A stretch of DNA of 64,000 nucleotides from Candidatus Shapirobacteria bacterium (GCA_041665485.1 JBAYIT010000002.1:133867-197866); one strand, 5' to 3'; counted from the stretch's first letter, positions 36,077 through 46,695 are shown. Notes: generated by a model not told the origin, from the sequence alone. A program made the numbers and translations.

Positions 36077-39000
36077 ATGAACTTCCGCCAGTTAGCTACT
36101 ATCATTATTCTTTTCTTTCTCTTCCCCTCGTTTATCGCCAAAAAGGCTTATGCCGCCAACCGCACTTGGGATGGCGGTGGCGGGGCTAACACCAATTGGT
36201 CAACTGCCGCCAACTGGTTAGACAACACTGTCCCCTTATCTGGCGACGCCGTTATTTTTGACGGCACTTCCTCCAACAACTCAACCATCGACGCCTCGTT
36301 TGCCGGCACCATTACCAGCCTTTCCATCAACGCCGGTTACGGTGGCACTATCACTCAAGAGCGGTCTCTAACCACCAGTGGTGGTTTTACCCAATCCGCC
36401 GGAACCTATACCGCCGCCGCCCAATCGCTTACCGTCAATGCATCACTAACTCTAAACGGTGGCTCCCTGACTGCCTCCTCAGTAACAACTACTATTGGCG
36501 GTAGCTTAGCCTTAAATGGGGGAATATTCAGCCACAACTCCGGTAACATCGTTTTTTCCACTACTAATTCCACCACCATCACTTGTACTGCCGGCCCTCT
36601 AAACACCATCTCCATTAGTAAAGCCAACAGCAGTATTCAAGTTACCATCTCAGCCAATTGTATTGTTAATTTTCCCAGCGCCGATCCCAGTTCAACCGGC
36701 GCCATTATTAACAACGGAACGGTAAATATAACCGGTAACTGGTCACTTACCGGCGATTACACCGCCAACGTCGGATCATCACTAGCCGTCACCGGCACTA
36801 CTCTATCCGCCCGCCATCTTGTCCTAACCGGAGGCGTTTTTCCCCAAGGAATAACCGATATTACCCTCGGTGGCAATCTAACCAATACCGCCAATCTTCT
36901 TCCCAACGGCACCAATCTTATCCTTAATGGCTCCGTCAATAGCACCCTAAATTGTGGCACTGCCACTTTTTCTTCCCTTACCATCAGCAAGGCTGGCTAC
37001 TACGATGTCAATATTTCCAACAATTGTGCTTTTTCTATTGCTGGCACCAATCCCACCTCAACCGGAAAAATAGTCAATAGTGGCAATCTCACTGTTACTG
37101 GTAATTGGACCGTCAACGGCAGTTATCAAAGCGAAACCGGAGGCCAACTTTCCCTGTCGGGCACCGATCTCACCCTCCAAAGAGACCTTGTCATCAATGG
37201 CGGTTCTTTTCCCGCTTCAAAAAACATCATTTTCAGCGGAAATAGTAGCACTGTTCTTACTTGTGCCAACGCCACCTTTAATTCTGTCTCTCTTTCTCAC
37301 GGTTGGAATTACACTATCAGTATTTCCGCCGGTTGCACCGTTCCTCTATCCGGCACTAATCCGACTATTTCCGGCGGAGTCACCAACAATGGTTCGATTG
37401 GCGCCACTGGCAATTTAACTATAGATGGTGGCTACATTCAAAACTCTGGCGCTTCTCTTCAAATTTCTGGCACTTCTCTTTCTATCGGTCATGGAAATTT
37501 AACTCTTTCCGGTGGTTCTTTTCCCCAAAACATCACCACTATTAGTGTTGAAAATGGCGTTGTTGACAACTCCCAAAGTCTCATCCCCAATGGAGTTGAT
37601 CTTACTCTAACTGGGTCAAGTACTAATAATATTTCTTGTGGTAATGCCAACTTCAATAGTATTACTTTAAACAGAACTGTCGGGGGAATCACTCCTGTTA
37701 GTAATTGCAATATCGGCAATCTAACTATCACCACCGGCGTTATCAATAACTCCGCCACCGCTTATTCATACAATATTACTGGAAACTATTCTCAAGCCTC
37801 TCCCGGATCTGTTGGTGGTTCTAATCTTACCCTGGCTTTTACCGGAAGTTTGGCCCAAACTATCTCAAAAGTCGGTGGCACCCTTGCTTCCCCCCTCCAA
37901 ATTAATAAAACTGGCTCAAATGCTCTGTCACTTTCAACTCCGCTTACCACCACTTCAACTTGTACTGTCACTGAAGGTATCTTCAATCTCAATGGCCAGT
38001 TATTTACCTGTGGCTCAACTTTCACCATCGAAGACGGTGGCACTCTTACCTTATTTGGCTCTGAAATACCTACCACTCCTACTCTTGATTCGGGATCAAA
38101 TGTTATCTACAAAGGAAACGGTGGAGAAAATCAAAATGTTTACAAAGTTAAAGCCTGGAATTATTCCAATCTAACTATTAACCCCACCAATAGCCAAGAT
38201 ATCATCACCTCTACCGTCACTGATTATCTCCCCGGTGCTACTTATCGCTATTGGAAATTCGACGACGGAGTCGGAACAAGTACTGTCGACAGTTCCGGAA
38301 ATAGTGTCAATGGAGTTTTACAAAACATGGAGGCCGACGATTGGAATTCATCCATAAAAGCCACCCTGCCCTTCACCAACGGTTATTCGCTCGCCTTCGA
38401 TGGTTCAACCAGCGAACAGGTTGTTGTCAGCGATGCTATCGATCCAACCGCCTATACTATTTGTGCTTGGGTTCGCCCCTCAGACGTTACCAGTACTAGT
38501 ATTATTATAAGATCCGGAGCCGTTCCCACCACCACTTATCAAGACCAAATATTGATTGACTCCAATAGTAAATTCGAATATTACTCCTATGACGGCGCCT
38601 CCGTCAGGGTTGTCGGCACCTCCACCGTCGTCGCCAATCAATGGCACCATGTTTGCGTTTCCGCCCAAAATAACGGTCAAGCCAAACTATACGTCAATGG
38701 TGTCAGCGAAGGCACCCCCGACACCGTCGGCACTCTAGCCACCACCGCCGACCGCTGGGCTATCGGTTCAAATAGTGGTGGGTCTATGGGTTGGTATGCC
38801 GGCTATATCGACGATGTCCGAGTTTACAACACTGTTTTGTCCGACAACCAAATTTATGCCCTTTCTGACATCGGTCCATCAGTTATCAGCGCCATTACTG
38901 TTGGCGGAAACTTCACTATTACCAGTGGAACTTTTATTTCTCCCACCACTTTTAACATCGCCGGCAATTGGTCAAACACCGGCCTCTTTACTCACAATAA

Positions 39001-41239
39001 CGGTTCTGTTGTTTTTACCGGCGGTAACCAAGAAATATCTGGCTCCAACACCTTCTATAACTTCACTAAAAATGTTACTTCTGCTTATACTCTTACTCTC
39101 CCAGGTGATCTAACCAAAACTCAAACTTTTGCCGGTACTCTTGATCTAAGAGGTATTGCCGATCATCTCTTAACTCTCAATTCCTCTCTCCATCAAACTC
39201 AAGCCAAAATCGACCCTCAATCCACCAGATCAGTCCAATACTTGGCCGTCCACGATATTAATAATATTAATTCTACTTCTATTCCCGTTCTTGGCCTTAA
39301 TGTCACTGATTTGGGCAATAACACCGGCTGGGGCTTCAATCAAGCCCCTCAAGGCCCCACCTCTCTTGGCCCGGCCGGCTTTATTAATGGCAATTATTCA
39401 GGCGACACCACCCCTACCCTGGAATTTACTCTTTCCGATCCCGATTCCGCCGATACCGTTAAATATTTAATCGAAATCGACGACTCAAGCAACTACTCTT
39501 CGCCACTTATCAGCTACACTTCAGATCTTGCCCCCCAAGGCTCAACTTCTTTCACCGTTAGCCAAGATCAAGCACTCCCCGAGGGCCAATATTATTGGCG
39601 GGTTAAAGCCGTCGACAACAACGACAATCAAAGTTCATTTACTACCGCCAGTATCGGAGACTCGCCCGCTTTTATCATCGACAACACTGCCCCCACCAAT
39701 CCCGGCAATCCCTCCACCACCTCTCCCACCAACCAAACCACCCAAACCTGGTCGTGGTCTTCAGCCACCGACGCCTTATCGGGTATTGCTTTTTATCTTT
39801 GGCGAATAACCGACAATCTCGGCAATGCTCTCACTAACGGCACCACTGCCCTATCTTCTTTAACTTCAAATCTAACTCAAGGTATTTTTAGTCTCTTTGT
39901 TAAAAGTCAGGATAATGTTGGCCACCAAAGTAGCGAGTCACCAGGCTCTCTTGTCGTCGACACCACCGCCCCCGTCACCACCAGTTCCGGCACCGACACT
40001 TCTTGGCACGACACTCCTGTCACTGTTACTCTGGAATGTTCCGACACTGGTGGTTCAACTTGTGCCAATACCTATTACACCACCAATGGCGCCAATCCCA
40101 CCACCAGCTCCTCAATTGGCACCACCATTGTTTTGTCAGCCGACGGTGTTTATACCATAAAATATTTTTCCAAAGACACCGCCGGCAACAGTGAATCAAT
40201 CAAAACTGCCGCCAATACCGTAAAAATAGACACTACCCCTCCCACTCCTACTCCCACCCAAACTCCGACTCCAACCCCAACTCAAACCCCAACACCAACG
40301 CCAACTCAAACCCCAACTCCCACTTCTGTCCCAACTTCAACCCCAACCCAAATTCCAACACCAACTCAAACTCCCACTGAAACTCCAACTCCAACCCCAA
40401 CATCTAGCATCCAAGATGTTGGATCCAACACTTCCGGCTCTGTTGCCGGTGTTTCAATCAATCAGGCTCCAACTTGCAACAACCAAACCCCCGGCTCCAA
40501 AGCTCCTCACCTATATGGCGCCAGCGCCAATAACCAAAACTCCATTACTCTTTATTTTTCCGGCGCCGACCTACCTTTTGATCACTACGATCTCTCCTTT
40601 GGTCTAAAATCAGGGGAATATTCTTTTGGCGCCACCAATCTCCCCAAAGACATCAGTCAATATCAAGCCAATAATCTTTCTTCCAATACCACCTATTACT
40701 TCAAAATCAGGCCCGGCAATGGTTGTGCCACCGGCAATTGGTCAAATGAAATTTCCGCCACCACTATGTCCAATATTTCTTTAAATCAAATTGAAACAAC
40801 CGCTCTGTCTCTCGAAACTATCCCCCCAAAACCAAACCCTTCGCCAACTCCCAGTTCTAATCCTTCTCCTTCTCCTCCCCAACCCGCCGACTATCAACTC
40901 CAAATCAAAGTTGTCGACAACCTTAAAAAGCCAATTGTTGGCGCTCAAGTTACTATTCATTCCAAAACTCAAAAAGCCTACACCGATGGGCAGGGGATTG
41001 CTCGTTTTACCAATGTCGAGCCGGGAAACCATAGGGTTCTTATTGCCTACAACGACTATCAAGGCGAGCAAAGCCTCTTTCTCACCGGCAACATTCCGCA
41101 AGTTGACATCAATATTTCCATCAAACTCAATCCTGTCTCCATCTCCCGCTTTACTATTATTATTACCACCTCCCTCTCTCTCATAATTGTCCTCCTCGTC
41201 GTCTATATCCTCAAACAAAAAAATAAATTTAAAAATTAG
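36077..41239 (+). CDS. giant cell-surface protein (1721 aa) with signal peptide, beta-helical repeats, LamG-like domain, PT-rich linker and C-terminal TM anchor
   Basis: Start at MNFRQLATIIILFFLF (signal peptide). Repetitive T/S/N/G-rich beta-helix-like repeats. A LamG-like stretch QWHHVCVSAQNNGQAKLYVNGV. A (TPTPTQ)n linker. A C-terminal CarbopepD-like beta domain and a TM segment IIITTSLSLIIVLLVVYIL. Confidence 0.75.
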   Translation: MNFRQLATIIILFFLFPSFIAKKAYAANRTWDGGGGANTNWSTAANWLDNTVPLSGDAVIFDGTSSNNSTIDASFAGTITSLSINAGYGGTITQERSLTTSGGFTQSAGTYTAAAQSLTVNASLTLNGGSLTASSVTTTIGGSLALNGGIFSHNSGNIVFSTTNSTTITCTAGPLNTISISKANSSIQVTISANCIVNFPSADPSSTGAIINNGTVNITGNWSLTGDYTANVGSSLAVTGTTLSARHLVLTGGVFPQGITDITLGGNLTNTANLLPNGTNLILNGSVNSTLNCGTATFSSLTISKAGYYDVNISNNCAFSIAGTNPTSTGKIVNSGNLTVTGNWTVNGSYQSETGGQLSLSGTDLTLQRDLVINGGSFPASKNIIFSGNSSTVLTCANATFNSVSLSHGWNYTISISAGCTVPLSGTNPTISGGVTNNGSIGATGNLTIDGGYIQNSGASLQISGTSLSIGHGNLTLSGGSFPQNITTISVENGVVDNSQSLIPNGVDLTLTGSSTNNISCGNANFNSITLNRTVGGITPVSNCNIGNLTITTGVINNSATAYSYNITGNYSQASPGSVGGSNLTLAFTGSLAQTISKVGGTLASPLQINKTGSNALSLSTPLTTTSTCTVTEGIFNLNGQLFTCGSTFTIEDGGTLTLFGSEIPTTPTLDSGSNVIYKGNGGENQNVYKVKAWNYSNLTINPTNSQDIITSTVTDYLPGATYRYWKFDDGVGTSTVDSSGNSVNGVLQNMEADDWNSSIKATLPFTNGYSLAFDGSTSEQVVVSDAIDPTAYTICAWVRPSDVTSTSIIIRSGAVPTTTYQDQILIDSNSKFEYYSYDGASVRVVGTSTVVANQWHHVCVSAQNNGQAKLYVNGVSEGTPDTVGTLATTADRWAIGSNSGGSMGWYAGYIDDVRVYNTVLSDNQIYALSDIGPSVISAITVGGNFTITSGTFISPTTFNIAGNWSNTGLFTHNNGSVVFTGGNQEISGSNTFYNFTKNVTSAYTLTLPGDLTKTQTFAGTLDLRGIADHLLTLNSSLHQTQAKIDPQSTRSVQYLAVHDINNINSTSIPVLGLNVTDLGNNTGWGFNQAPQGPTSLGPAGFINGNYSGDTTPTLEFTLSDPDSADTVKYLIEIDDSSNYSSPLISYTSDLAPQGSTSFTVSQDQALPEGQYYWRVKAVDNNDNQSSFTTASIGDSPAFIIDNTAPTNPGNPSTTSPTNQTTQTWSWSSATDALSGIAFYLWRITDNLGNALTNGTTALSSLTSNLTQGIFSLFVKSQDNVGHQSSESPGSLVVDTTAPVTTSSGTDTSWHDTPVTVTLECSDTGGSTCANTYYTTNGANPTTSSSIGTTIVLSADGVYTIKYFSKDTAGNSESIKTAANTVKIDTTPPTPTPTQTPTPTPTQTPTPTPTQTPTPTSVPTSTPTQIPTPTQTPTETPTPTPTSSIQDVGSNTSGSVAGVSINQAPTCNNQTPGSKAPHLYGASANNQNSITLYFSGADLPFDHYDLSFGLKSGEYSFGATNLPKDISQYQANNLSSNTTYYFKIRPGNGCATGNWSNEISATTMSNISLNQIETTALSLETIPPKPNPSPTPSSNPSPSPPQPADYQLQIKVVDNLKKPIVGAQVTIHSKTQKAYTDGQGIARFTNVEPGNHRVLIAYNDYQGEQSLFLTGNIPQVDINISIKLNPVSISRFTIIITTSLSLIIVLLVVYILKQKNKFKN

Positions 41240-41295
41240 ATATTAAAAATTGTTTAAAAATTTCAAATTAAAAATTTAAAATTGATATCATAACT
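41221..41295. promoter_or_regulatory. phased A-tract AT-rich element (promoter/curved DNA), one copy of a recurring family
   Basis: aaaaattgtttaaaaatttcaaattaaaaatttaaaattgat has an AAAATT periodicity of about 10-11 bp and sits upstream of the 41297 gene. Confidence 0.4.
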
Positions 41296-41296
41296 C

Positions 41297-41890
41297 ATGA
41301 TCTTCATCTTCCACGGTTCCAATTTTACTAAAAGTCGGGGATTGCTCACCAGCCAAATTGCCAAAAGCCCTTCGCCCCCCATTTCCCTTGAGGCCAAGAG
41401 CCTTGATCAAAACCAACTCAATAATCTACTTAGTGGCTCCTCTCTTTTTGCCCTCGAAGAGCCCCTGGTTATTAACAACTTTTTTAGCCTCCCACCACCC
41501 ACTATTCAAAAATTTGCCCCACTCTTTAACCAATCTACCCGTAATATTTATCTTTGGCAAGACAAGGGCTTAACTCTCACTCAACTAAAATTATTCCCTA
41601 AAGCCCAGATCTTTAAAGCCGACACTAGCCGCCAAGTTTGGCAACTCTTAAACGCCATCCGCCCCAAAAATTATGTCGGTTTCGCCCGATTATTTGAGGC
41701 GGTTATCAAAGAAGAACCGCCCGAACTTCTCTTTTATCTCCTCCGCCAGCATCTTCGCAAAAATCTAACTCCAACCTCTCTACCTACCTATCTCTCCCTC
41801 ATTAACGCCGATTACCTCACTAAATCCGGCCAGTCTCAAGTCGAGCCGGTAAACCAAGTCCGCGCCATTTTTGCTGGCCTTCTGCTATGA
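41297..41890 (+). CDS. hypothetical protein, DNA polymerase III delta (HolA)-like, short
   Basis: A weak resemblance to the N-terminal region of HolA. 197 aa. Confidence 0.3.
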   Translation: MIFIFHGSNFTKSRGLLTSQIAKSPSPPISLEAKSLDQNQLNNLLSGSSLFALEEPLVINNFFSLPPPTIQKFAPLFNQSTRNIYLWQDKGLTLTQLKLFPKAQIFKADTSRQVWQLLNAIRPKNYVGFARLFEAVIKEEPPELLFYLLRQHLRKNLTPTSLPTYLSLINADYLTKSGQSQVEPVNQVRAIFAGLLL

Positions 41891-44153
41891 TTATTTAATG
41901 CCTGATTCGATTCTCTGGTTTAACCAAATTCATCGCACCGATACTCCCTTAGTTGGTGGTAAAGGCGCCAATCTTGGCGAAATGTATAACCTCGGCGTCC
42001 CCGTCCCCAACGGCTTTGTCGTCACCGTTTCCGCTTACCGCCAATTCATTGACCATCACCATCTCGATCAGCAAATTAGCCAGATCATTGCCACTGTTAA
42101 TTTAACCGACCCCGCCGAGCTCCAAGAAGTCTCCCTTCGCATCAAAAAATTAATTAAATCAAAAGCTATTCCCGAAGACTTAGCCATTGCCATCATGAAG
42201 GCCTACAAAAAACTCTGTTCCTACGGTGGACTCCAAAATGTCCCCGTCGCCGTCCGCTCTTCTGCCACCGCCGAAGATTCAGCCGATGCCTCCTTTGCCG
42301 GCCAGCAAGAAACTTTCCTCAATGTTTTGGGCGAAGCCAATGTCATTCATCGTGTCCGCGATTGTTGGGCCAGTCTGTTTACCCCCCGCTCAATTTTTTA
42401 TCGCCATCAGAAGAAAATTAGCCATCTGACTGTTGCCGTCGCCGTTCCTGTCCAAAAAATGGTTGAGTCAGACATTTCCGGCATTTGTTTTACTCAAAAT
42501 CCTGTCAGTGGCGACAAAACCCAAATTATTATTGAAACTGTTTGGGGTCTAGGTGAATATATTGTTCAGGGCATTGTCACCCCCGATCAAACCATTGTTT
42601 CTAAAGACACCTGGAAGATAGTTTCTCACCAAACCGTCAAGCAAACGGTTGAATTCCGTCGTTTCAAAGACAGCAATAAATCATTTTCTACTCCCGCCTC
42701 TCGCCAGCTCAAACGCAAAATATCCGAAAGCCTGGCCATCAAAATTGCCAAAGTAGCCCAAAAACTTCACAATCATTATGGCTGTGGCCAAGACATCGAG
42801 TTTGCCATTAAGGGCAATGAGCTTTTTATTGTTCAAACCCGTCCCATCACCACTATTGCTAATCCCACTTCTACCCCAACTACTCTTCCTCCACCAGATT
42901 TAACCGGTCAAGGTGCCAGTCCCGGTTTTGTTTCCGGCGTCGCTATTCTAGTGGCCCAGCCCAAAAACATTAACTTAGTCAAAAAAGGTCAAATTCTGGT
43001 TACCTCCATGACCAGCCCTGATTTTGTTCCCGCCATGAAAATTGCCGGCGGTATCATCACCGATAAAGGCGGTCAAACCTCCCACGCCGCCATCGTCTCC
43101 CGTGAGCTTGGTGTTCCCTGTGTGGTTGGCACTGAGTCGGCCACCAAATCAATCAAAACCGGCGATATTGTCACCCTCAATGGCTCCACCGGCCAAGTCT
43201 GGTTTAAAGACCTAAAATCTAACATTCAGAATCCAGGATCTAAAATCCAGGATCTAGGATCTAAATTAAAGACAGCCACCAAAGTCTACGTCAATCTCGG
43301 TGAACCCGATCTAGCTTCCGAAATTGCCAAACGCAATGTCGATGGCATTGGCCTTCTTCGGGCCGAATTCATCATGGCCAATATTGGCATTCACCCTAAA
43401 AAAATTATCGCCGATGGTAAACAAAAAGCCTACATCAAAGAACTCTCCGATAATATCGCCAAATTTTGCAAGTCATTTAATCCTCGGCCTGTTATCTACC
43501 GAGCCACCGATTTTAAAACCAACGAATACCGTTATCTTAAATGGGGCAAATTATACGAGCCAGTCGAGCCCAATCCCATGCTTGGCTTCCGTGGCGCCTC
43601 CCGCTATTTGGCCACCCCCGATGTTTTTCAAATGGAGCTTGAAGCTCTTAAAACTGTCAGAAACAAACTAAACCTAAAAAATCTTTGGCTGATGATTCCC
43701 TTTGTCCGCACCGTCCATCAACTCATCGAGGTTAAAAAAATTATTACCACTGCCGGCCTCATCCGCTCGCCCTCTTTTAAAATCTTTTTAATGGTCGAAA
43801 TCCCCAGCAACGTCATCCTTCTCAAAGACTTTGCCAGTGCCGGCATTGATGGCATCTCAATTGGTAGTAACGACTTAACCATGTTAACCCTCGGCCTCGA
43901 CCGCGATAATTCCGAAGTTGCCGCCGATTTTAATGAGCTTGATCCCGCCGTCCTCTGGATGTTGCGCCGCGCTGTTAAAACCGCCAAAAAGCTGGGGATA
44001 ACTAGTAGTATTTGCGGCCAAGCCCCCAGCAATCATCCTGATTTAGTTGAAAAACTCGTCAAGTGGGGGATTACCAGTATCTCCGTTTCCCCCGATGCCA
44101 TCGACCGCACCCGCACCATTGTCTCCTGGGCTGAAAAAAGAAGAATTAAATAG
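41871..44153 (+). CDS. ppsA: phosphoenolpyruvate synthase / PEP-utilising dikinase
   Basis: ATP-grasp GGKGANLGEM, phospho-His domain GGQTSHAAIVSRELGVPCVVG, and a C-terminal PEP-utilising TIM barrel. 760 aa. Confidence 0.8.
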   Translation: MLAFCYDYLMPDSILWFNQIHRTDTPLVGGKGANLGEMYNLGVPVPNGFVVTVSAYRQFIDHHHLDQQISQIIATVNLTDPAELQEVSLRIKKLIKSKAIPEDLAIAIMKAYKKLCSYGGLQNVPVAVRSSATAEDSADASFAGQQETFLNVLGEANVIHRVRDCWASLFTPRSIFYRHQKKISHLTVAVAVPVQKMVESDISGICFTQNPVSGDKTQIIIETVWGLGEYIVQGIVTPDQTIVSKDTWKIVSHQTVKQTVEFRRFKDSNKSFSTPASRQLKRKISESLAIKIAKVAQKLHNHYGCGQDIEFAIKGNELFIVQTRPITTIANPTSTPTTLPPPDLTGQGASPGFVSGVAILVAQPKNINLVKKGQILVTSMTSPDFVPAMKIAGGIITDKGGQTSHAAIVSRELGVPCVVGTESATKSIKTGDIVTLNGSTGQVWFKDLKSNIQNPGSKIQDLGSKLKTATKVYVNLGEPDLASEIAKRNVDGIGLLRAEFIMANIGIHPKKIIADGKQKAYIKELSDNIAKFCKSFNPRPVIYRATDFKTNEYRYLKWGKLYEPVEPNPMLGFRGASRYLATPDVFQMELEALKTVRNKLNLKNLWLMIPFVRTVHQLIEVKKIITTAGLIRSPSFKIFLMVEIPSNVILLKDFASAGIDGISIGSNDLTMLTLGLDRDNSEVAADFNELDPAVLWMLRRAVKTAKKLGITSSICGQAPSNHPDLVEKLVKWGITSISVSPDAIDRTRTIVSWAEKRRIK

Positions 44154-44417
44154 CTTACGCCGCAATCCTAAACCCCTCACTACTTTGTGGTCCGGGACAT
44201 ATCACCCTTTGACCAACCTCCAATCGAGGCACAACACCCTCTCTAACAAGCCTACTCAATCTCCCCCCCGCACACCTTACAGCCTCAAGATCAGTCCTAT
44301 AACACCTAGAGCAACCAACCCCATCATCCCGCTCAACCCAAAAGAGACCTTTCCTACTTGCTGATATTACAGTCATTGGTATTTCTCCTACCATACATGG
44401 CATACAACGCTGTTATA

Positions 44418-45065
44418 TCAAAACCTCTCACAAAACACAACGACAGCCTCGCCTCGGGTGTCCCCTCCGACCCCATTACTCACTTTCTCAAACATCTTTG
44501 TCATCTCGCTCACCACCCGAATCTCCGTATTTTCTCCGTAAACAGCCTTTATTTCCACCACCAACTTTTCCACCCGCAAGGGCGATTCGTACACCACCTT
44601 CGCCCCATCTATCTCTTTATATTTTTCCAAAATCTTTTTTCTCTCCCCGTCTTTTTTCGGCAAAAAGCCAAGGTAACTAAATCGGCCCATTGGCAATCCG
44701 GCCAATACTAGGCCGTTTATTACGGCGCTTGCTCCCGGCAGTGCCGTATATTCTAAGTTCTCTTTTTGGCATCGCCGGACCAGTAGCCAGCCCGGATCCG
44801 ACAGCAGGGGAGTGCCGGCATCACTTACCAACCCCACCTCAAGCCCTTCTTTTAAAAAACTTATCACTTGAGGAATTTTTTGCTCCTCCACTTCATCATA
44901 AAAAGAAACTAGTTTTGGTTTATTTTTAATCCCTAAATTTTTCAGCAACAATCCCGTCTTACGGCTATCTTCGCATAGCAATATATCCAGCTTTTCCATC
45001 ACATCGACCGCCCTCAATGTAATATCTTTCATATTCCCAATCGGTGTAGCGATTATGTACAGCAT
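44418..45065 (-). CDS. rsmI: 16S rRNA (cytidine1402-2'-O)-methyltransferase
   Basis: LYIIATPIGNMKDITLRAVDVMEKLDILLCEDSRKT, the RsmI N-terminal signature. Confidence 0.85.
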   Translation of the reverse strand: MLYIIATPIGNMKDITLRAVDVMEKLDILLCEDSRKTGLLLKNLGIKNKPKLVSFYDEVEEQKIPQVISFLKEGLEVGLVSDAGTPLLSDPGWLLVRRCQKENLEYTALPGASAVINGLVLAGLPMGRFSYLGFLPKKDGERKKILEKYKEIDGAKVVYESPLRVEKLVVEIKAVYGENTEIRVVSEMTKMFEKVSNGVGGDTRGEAVVVFCERF

Positions 45066-45551
45066 TTAAAATTCCTCCACTACTTTTACTTCACTTTCTA
45101 ACACCTCTCCACCTTCTTTTTCAAACACGTAGTGTCCTCTTATTTTTTCGCCGGCAAAAAGTCGGGGTAAAAATTCTCTATCCGACTTCCACATTTCCCC
45201 ATACGGCACTTCCTCAACCTTAAACCACCTCGGCGCCATTTCTTCTGTCTCAGTCGGTTCTCCCTCCCATTCACTTACCAAAAAGGCGTGCATAATCGCC
45301 TCCATTTCTTCTTGCTTTAAGACAAAATGAAATTCTCCTCGTTTTTCCATTTTAGTAACTTCTACCCCAAATTCCTCACCAACTTCTCTTTTGGCCGCAC
45401 CATCCAAAGTCTCGCCAACATCCGGCTTTCCTCCCGCCCCATTCCATAAACCATTACCAAAGCCTCTTTTCTTCATCCCCAAACAAACTTCACTTATCCT
45501 CTCTCCATCTCTCCTAACCAAAAAACAATTAGTAAATATTTTTTCCGTCAT
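45066..45551 (-). CDS. NUDIX hydrolase (MutT/MTH1-like)
   Basis: Nudix box GGKPDVGETLDGAAKREVGEEFGV. Confidence 0.75.
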   Translation of the reverse strand: MTEKIFTNCFLVRRDGERISEVCLGMKKRGFGNGLWNGAGGKPDVGETLDGAAKREVGEEFGVEVTKMEKRGEFHFVLKQEEMEAIMHAFLVSEWEGEPTETEEMAPRWFKVEEVPYGEMWKSDREFLPRLFAGEKIRGHYVFEKEGGEVLESEVKVVEEF

Positions 45552-45562
45552 TTATTTTTATT

Positions 45563-45910
45563 TTAAATTTTCGAACTCGAAGCAATTTTGCTAAATATCA
45601 ACGTCAACTCTTTTCCCTCTTGCCACAAAACTCTTATCTTATTTTTAATACCCTCATCAACCACACCTGCTAATAATCTCAACCAATAAATTGTCTCTTT
45701 TGCTTCTTTTTTGCAAATATGAATCTTTGATTTAAAATCCGTTTTACTTGTTGCTCCATTAGCTTCGTTATAATTTGCCCCAACGCTTGTACCCGATCTC
45801 AACAGCTGTTTAACGATATTTTCGTTGGTTAATGTTATTTTAACTATTCCACATAGCTTGATTAGATCTTCCGAAAATTTTATCGTCCTCTCTTCCAAGT
45901 CGTATTCCAT
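45563..45910 (-). CDS. four-helix-bundle protein (23S rRNA intervening-sequence protein family)
   Basis: SVGANYNEANGATSKTDFKSKIHICKKEAKETIYWLRLL, the characteristic motif. Confidence 0.7.
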   Translation of the reverse strand: MEYDLEERTIKFSEDLIKLCGIVKITLTNENIVKQLLRSGTSVGANYNEANGATSKTDFKSKIHICKKEAKETIYWLRLLAGVVDEGIKNKIRVLWQEGKELTLIFSKIASSSKI

Positions 45911-45962
45911 TTAAAATTTGATATTAAAAATTGATTAAAAATTAAAAATTTCAAATTAAAAA
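45901..45962. promoter_or_regulatory. phased A-tract AT-rich element (copy of the recurring family)
   Basis: aaaaattgattaaaaattaaaaatttcaaattaaaaatta is nearly identical to the copy at 51297-51336. Confidence 0.4.
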
Positions 45963-46574
45963 TTAGTTGAATTGCCGTATCACGGCAACAACTTTTCCCC
46001 TAATTTCCACATTTGTCACATACATCGGGCTCATGGTGGTATTGGCCGGTTGCAATCTTATCCTGTCTTTTTCCTGGTAAAACCGCTTTAAAGTAGCAAA
46101 ACCATTTTTCAATATTGCCACCACAATATCGCCATCATTGGCCTCGCCTTGTTCTTTAACCACCACGTAGTCGCCACTCAAAATCCCGTCGTCAACCATC
46201 GAATCGCCCTTAGCTTGAAGGACATACGACTTCCCTCCCGCCGTCATTAAGCTCGAATTAACCGCCAAAGTTGCATTTGGGTCATTGTACGGTTCAATTG
46301 GCGCTCCACAGGCAATGTAGCCCATCACCGGCAATTCAATCAATCTCTCCCCACCTCTATCTCCCACAATCTCAATCCCTCGCACCGCCCCTCGATAGCG
46401 CCTAATCAAGCCCTTCTTTTCCAAAGTCGACAAATGCTCATGAACTGTTGCCAAAGACGACAGCCCAAATTTTTCCGCAATCTCCGTCAGCGTCGGCGCA
46501 TAACCGTATTTGTCGATACTATTACTAACGTAGTCCAGAATCTGTTTTTGCCTTTTATACAATATTGTTGCCAT
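45963..46574 (-). CDS. lexA: LexA repressor
   Basis: N-terminal wHTH and a C-terminal S24 peptidase with GDSMVDDGILSGDYVVV and an Ala-Gly cleavage region. Confidence 0.85.
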   Translation of the reverse strand: MATILYKRQKQILDYVSNSIDKYGYAPTLTEIAEKFGLSSLATVHEHLSTLEKKGLIRRYRGAVRGIEIVGDRGGERLIELPVMGYIACGAPIEPYNDPNATLAVNSSLMTAGGKSYVLQAKGDSMVDDGILSGDYVVVKEQGEANDGDIVVAILKNGFATLKRFYQEKDRIRLQPANTTMSPMYVTNVEIRGKVVAVIRQFN

Positions 46575-46620
46575 AAAGTAATCTTACACGAACAATACCC
46601 GAATGCAACACCCTGTTTTA

Positions 46621-46690
46621 CCTAATTTAAAAATTTAAGAATTTAAAAATTGATTAAAAATTTAAAATTTAAAATTAAAAATTAAACCAG
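46621..46690. promoter_or_regulatory. phased A-tract AT-rich element in the divergent lexA / 46696 promoter region
   Basis: aaaaatttaagaatttaaaaattgattaaaaatttaaaatttaaaattaaaaattaaa. Confidence 0.4.
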
Positions 46691-46695
46691 CTTGT

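Noticed and set aside
36148-41218. Numerous 60-145 aa ORFs on both strands inside the giant surface-protein gene
   Set aside because: The single long frame with coherent repeat and domain structure explains the region. The alternative frames are repeat-driven artefacts.
41297-41890. Confident call of DNA polymerase III delta subunit
   Set aside because: It is only 197 aa, against about 330 aa for HolA, and the similarity is weak. It is retained as low-confidence HolA-like.
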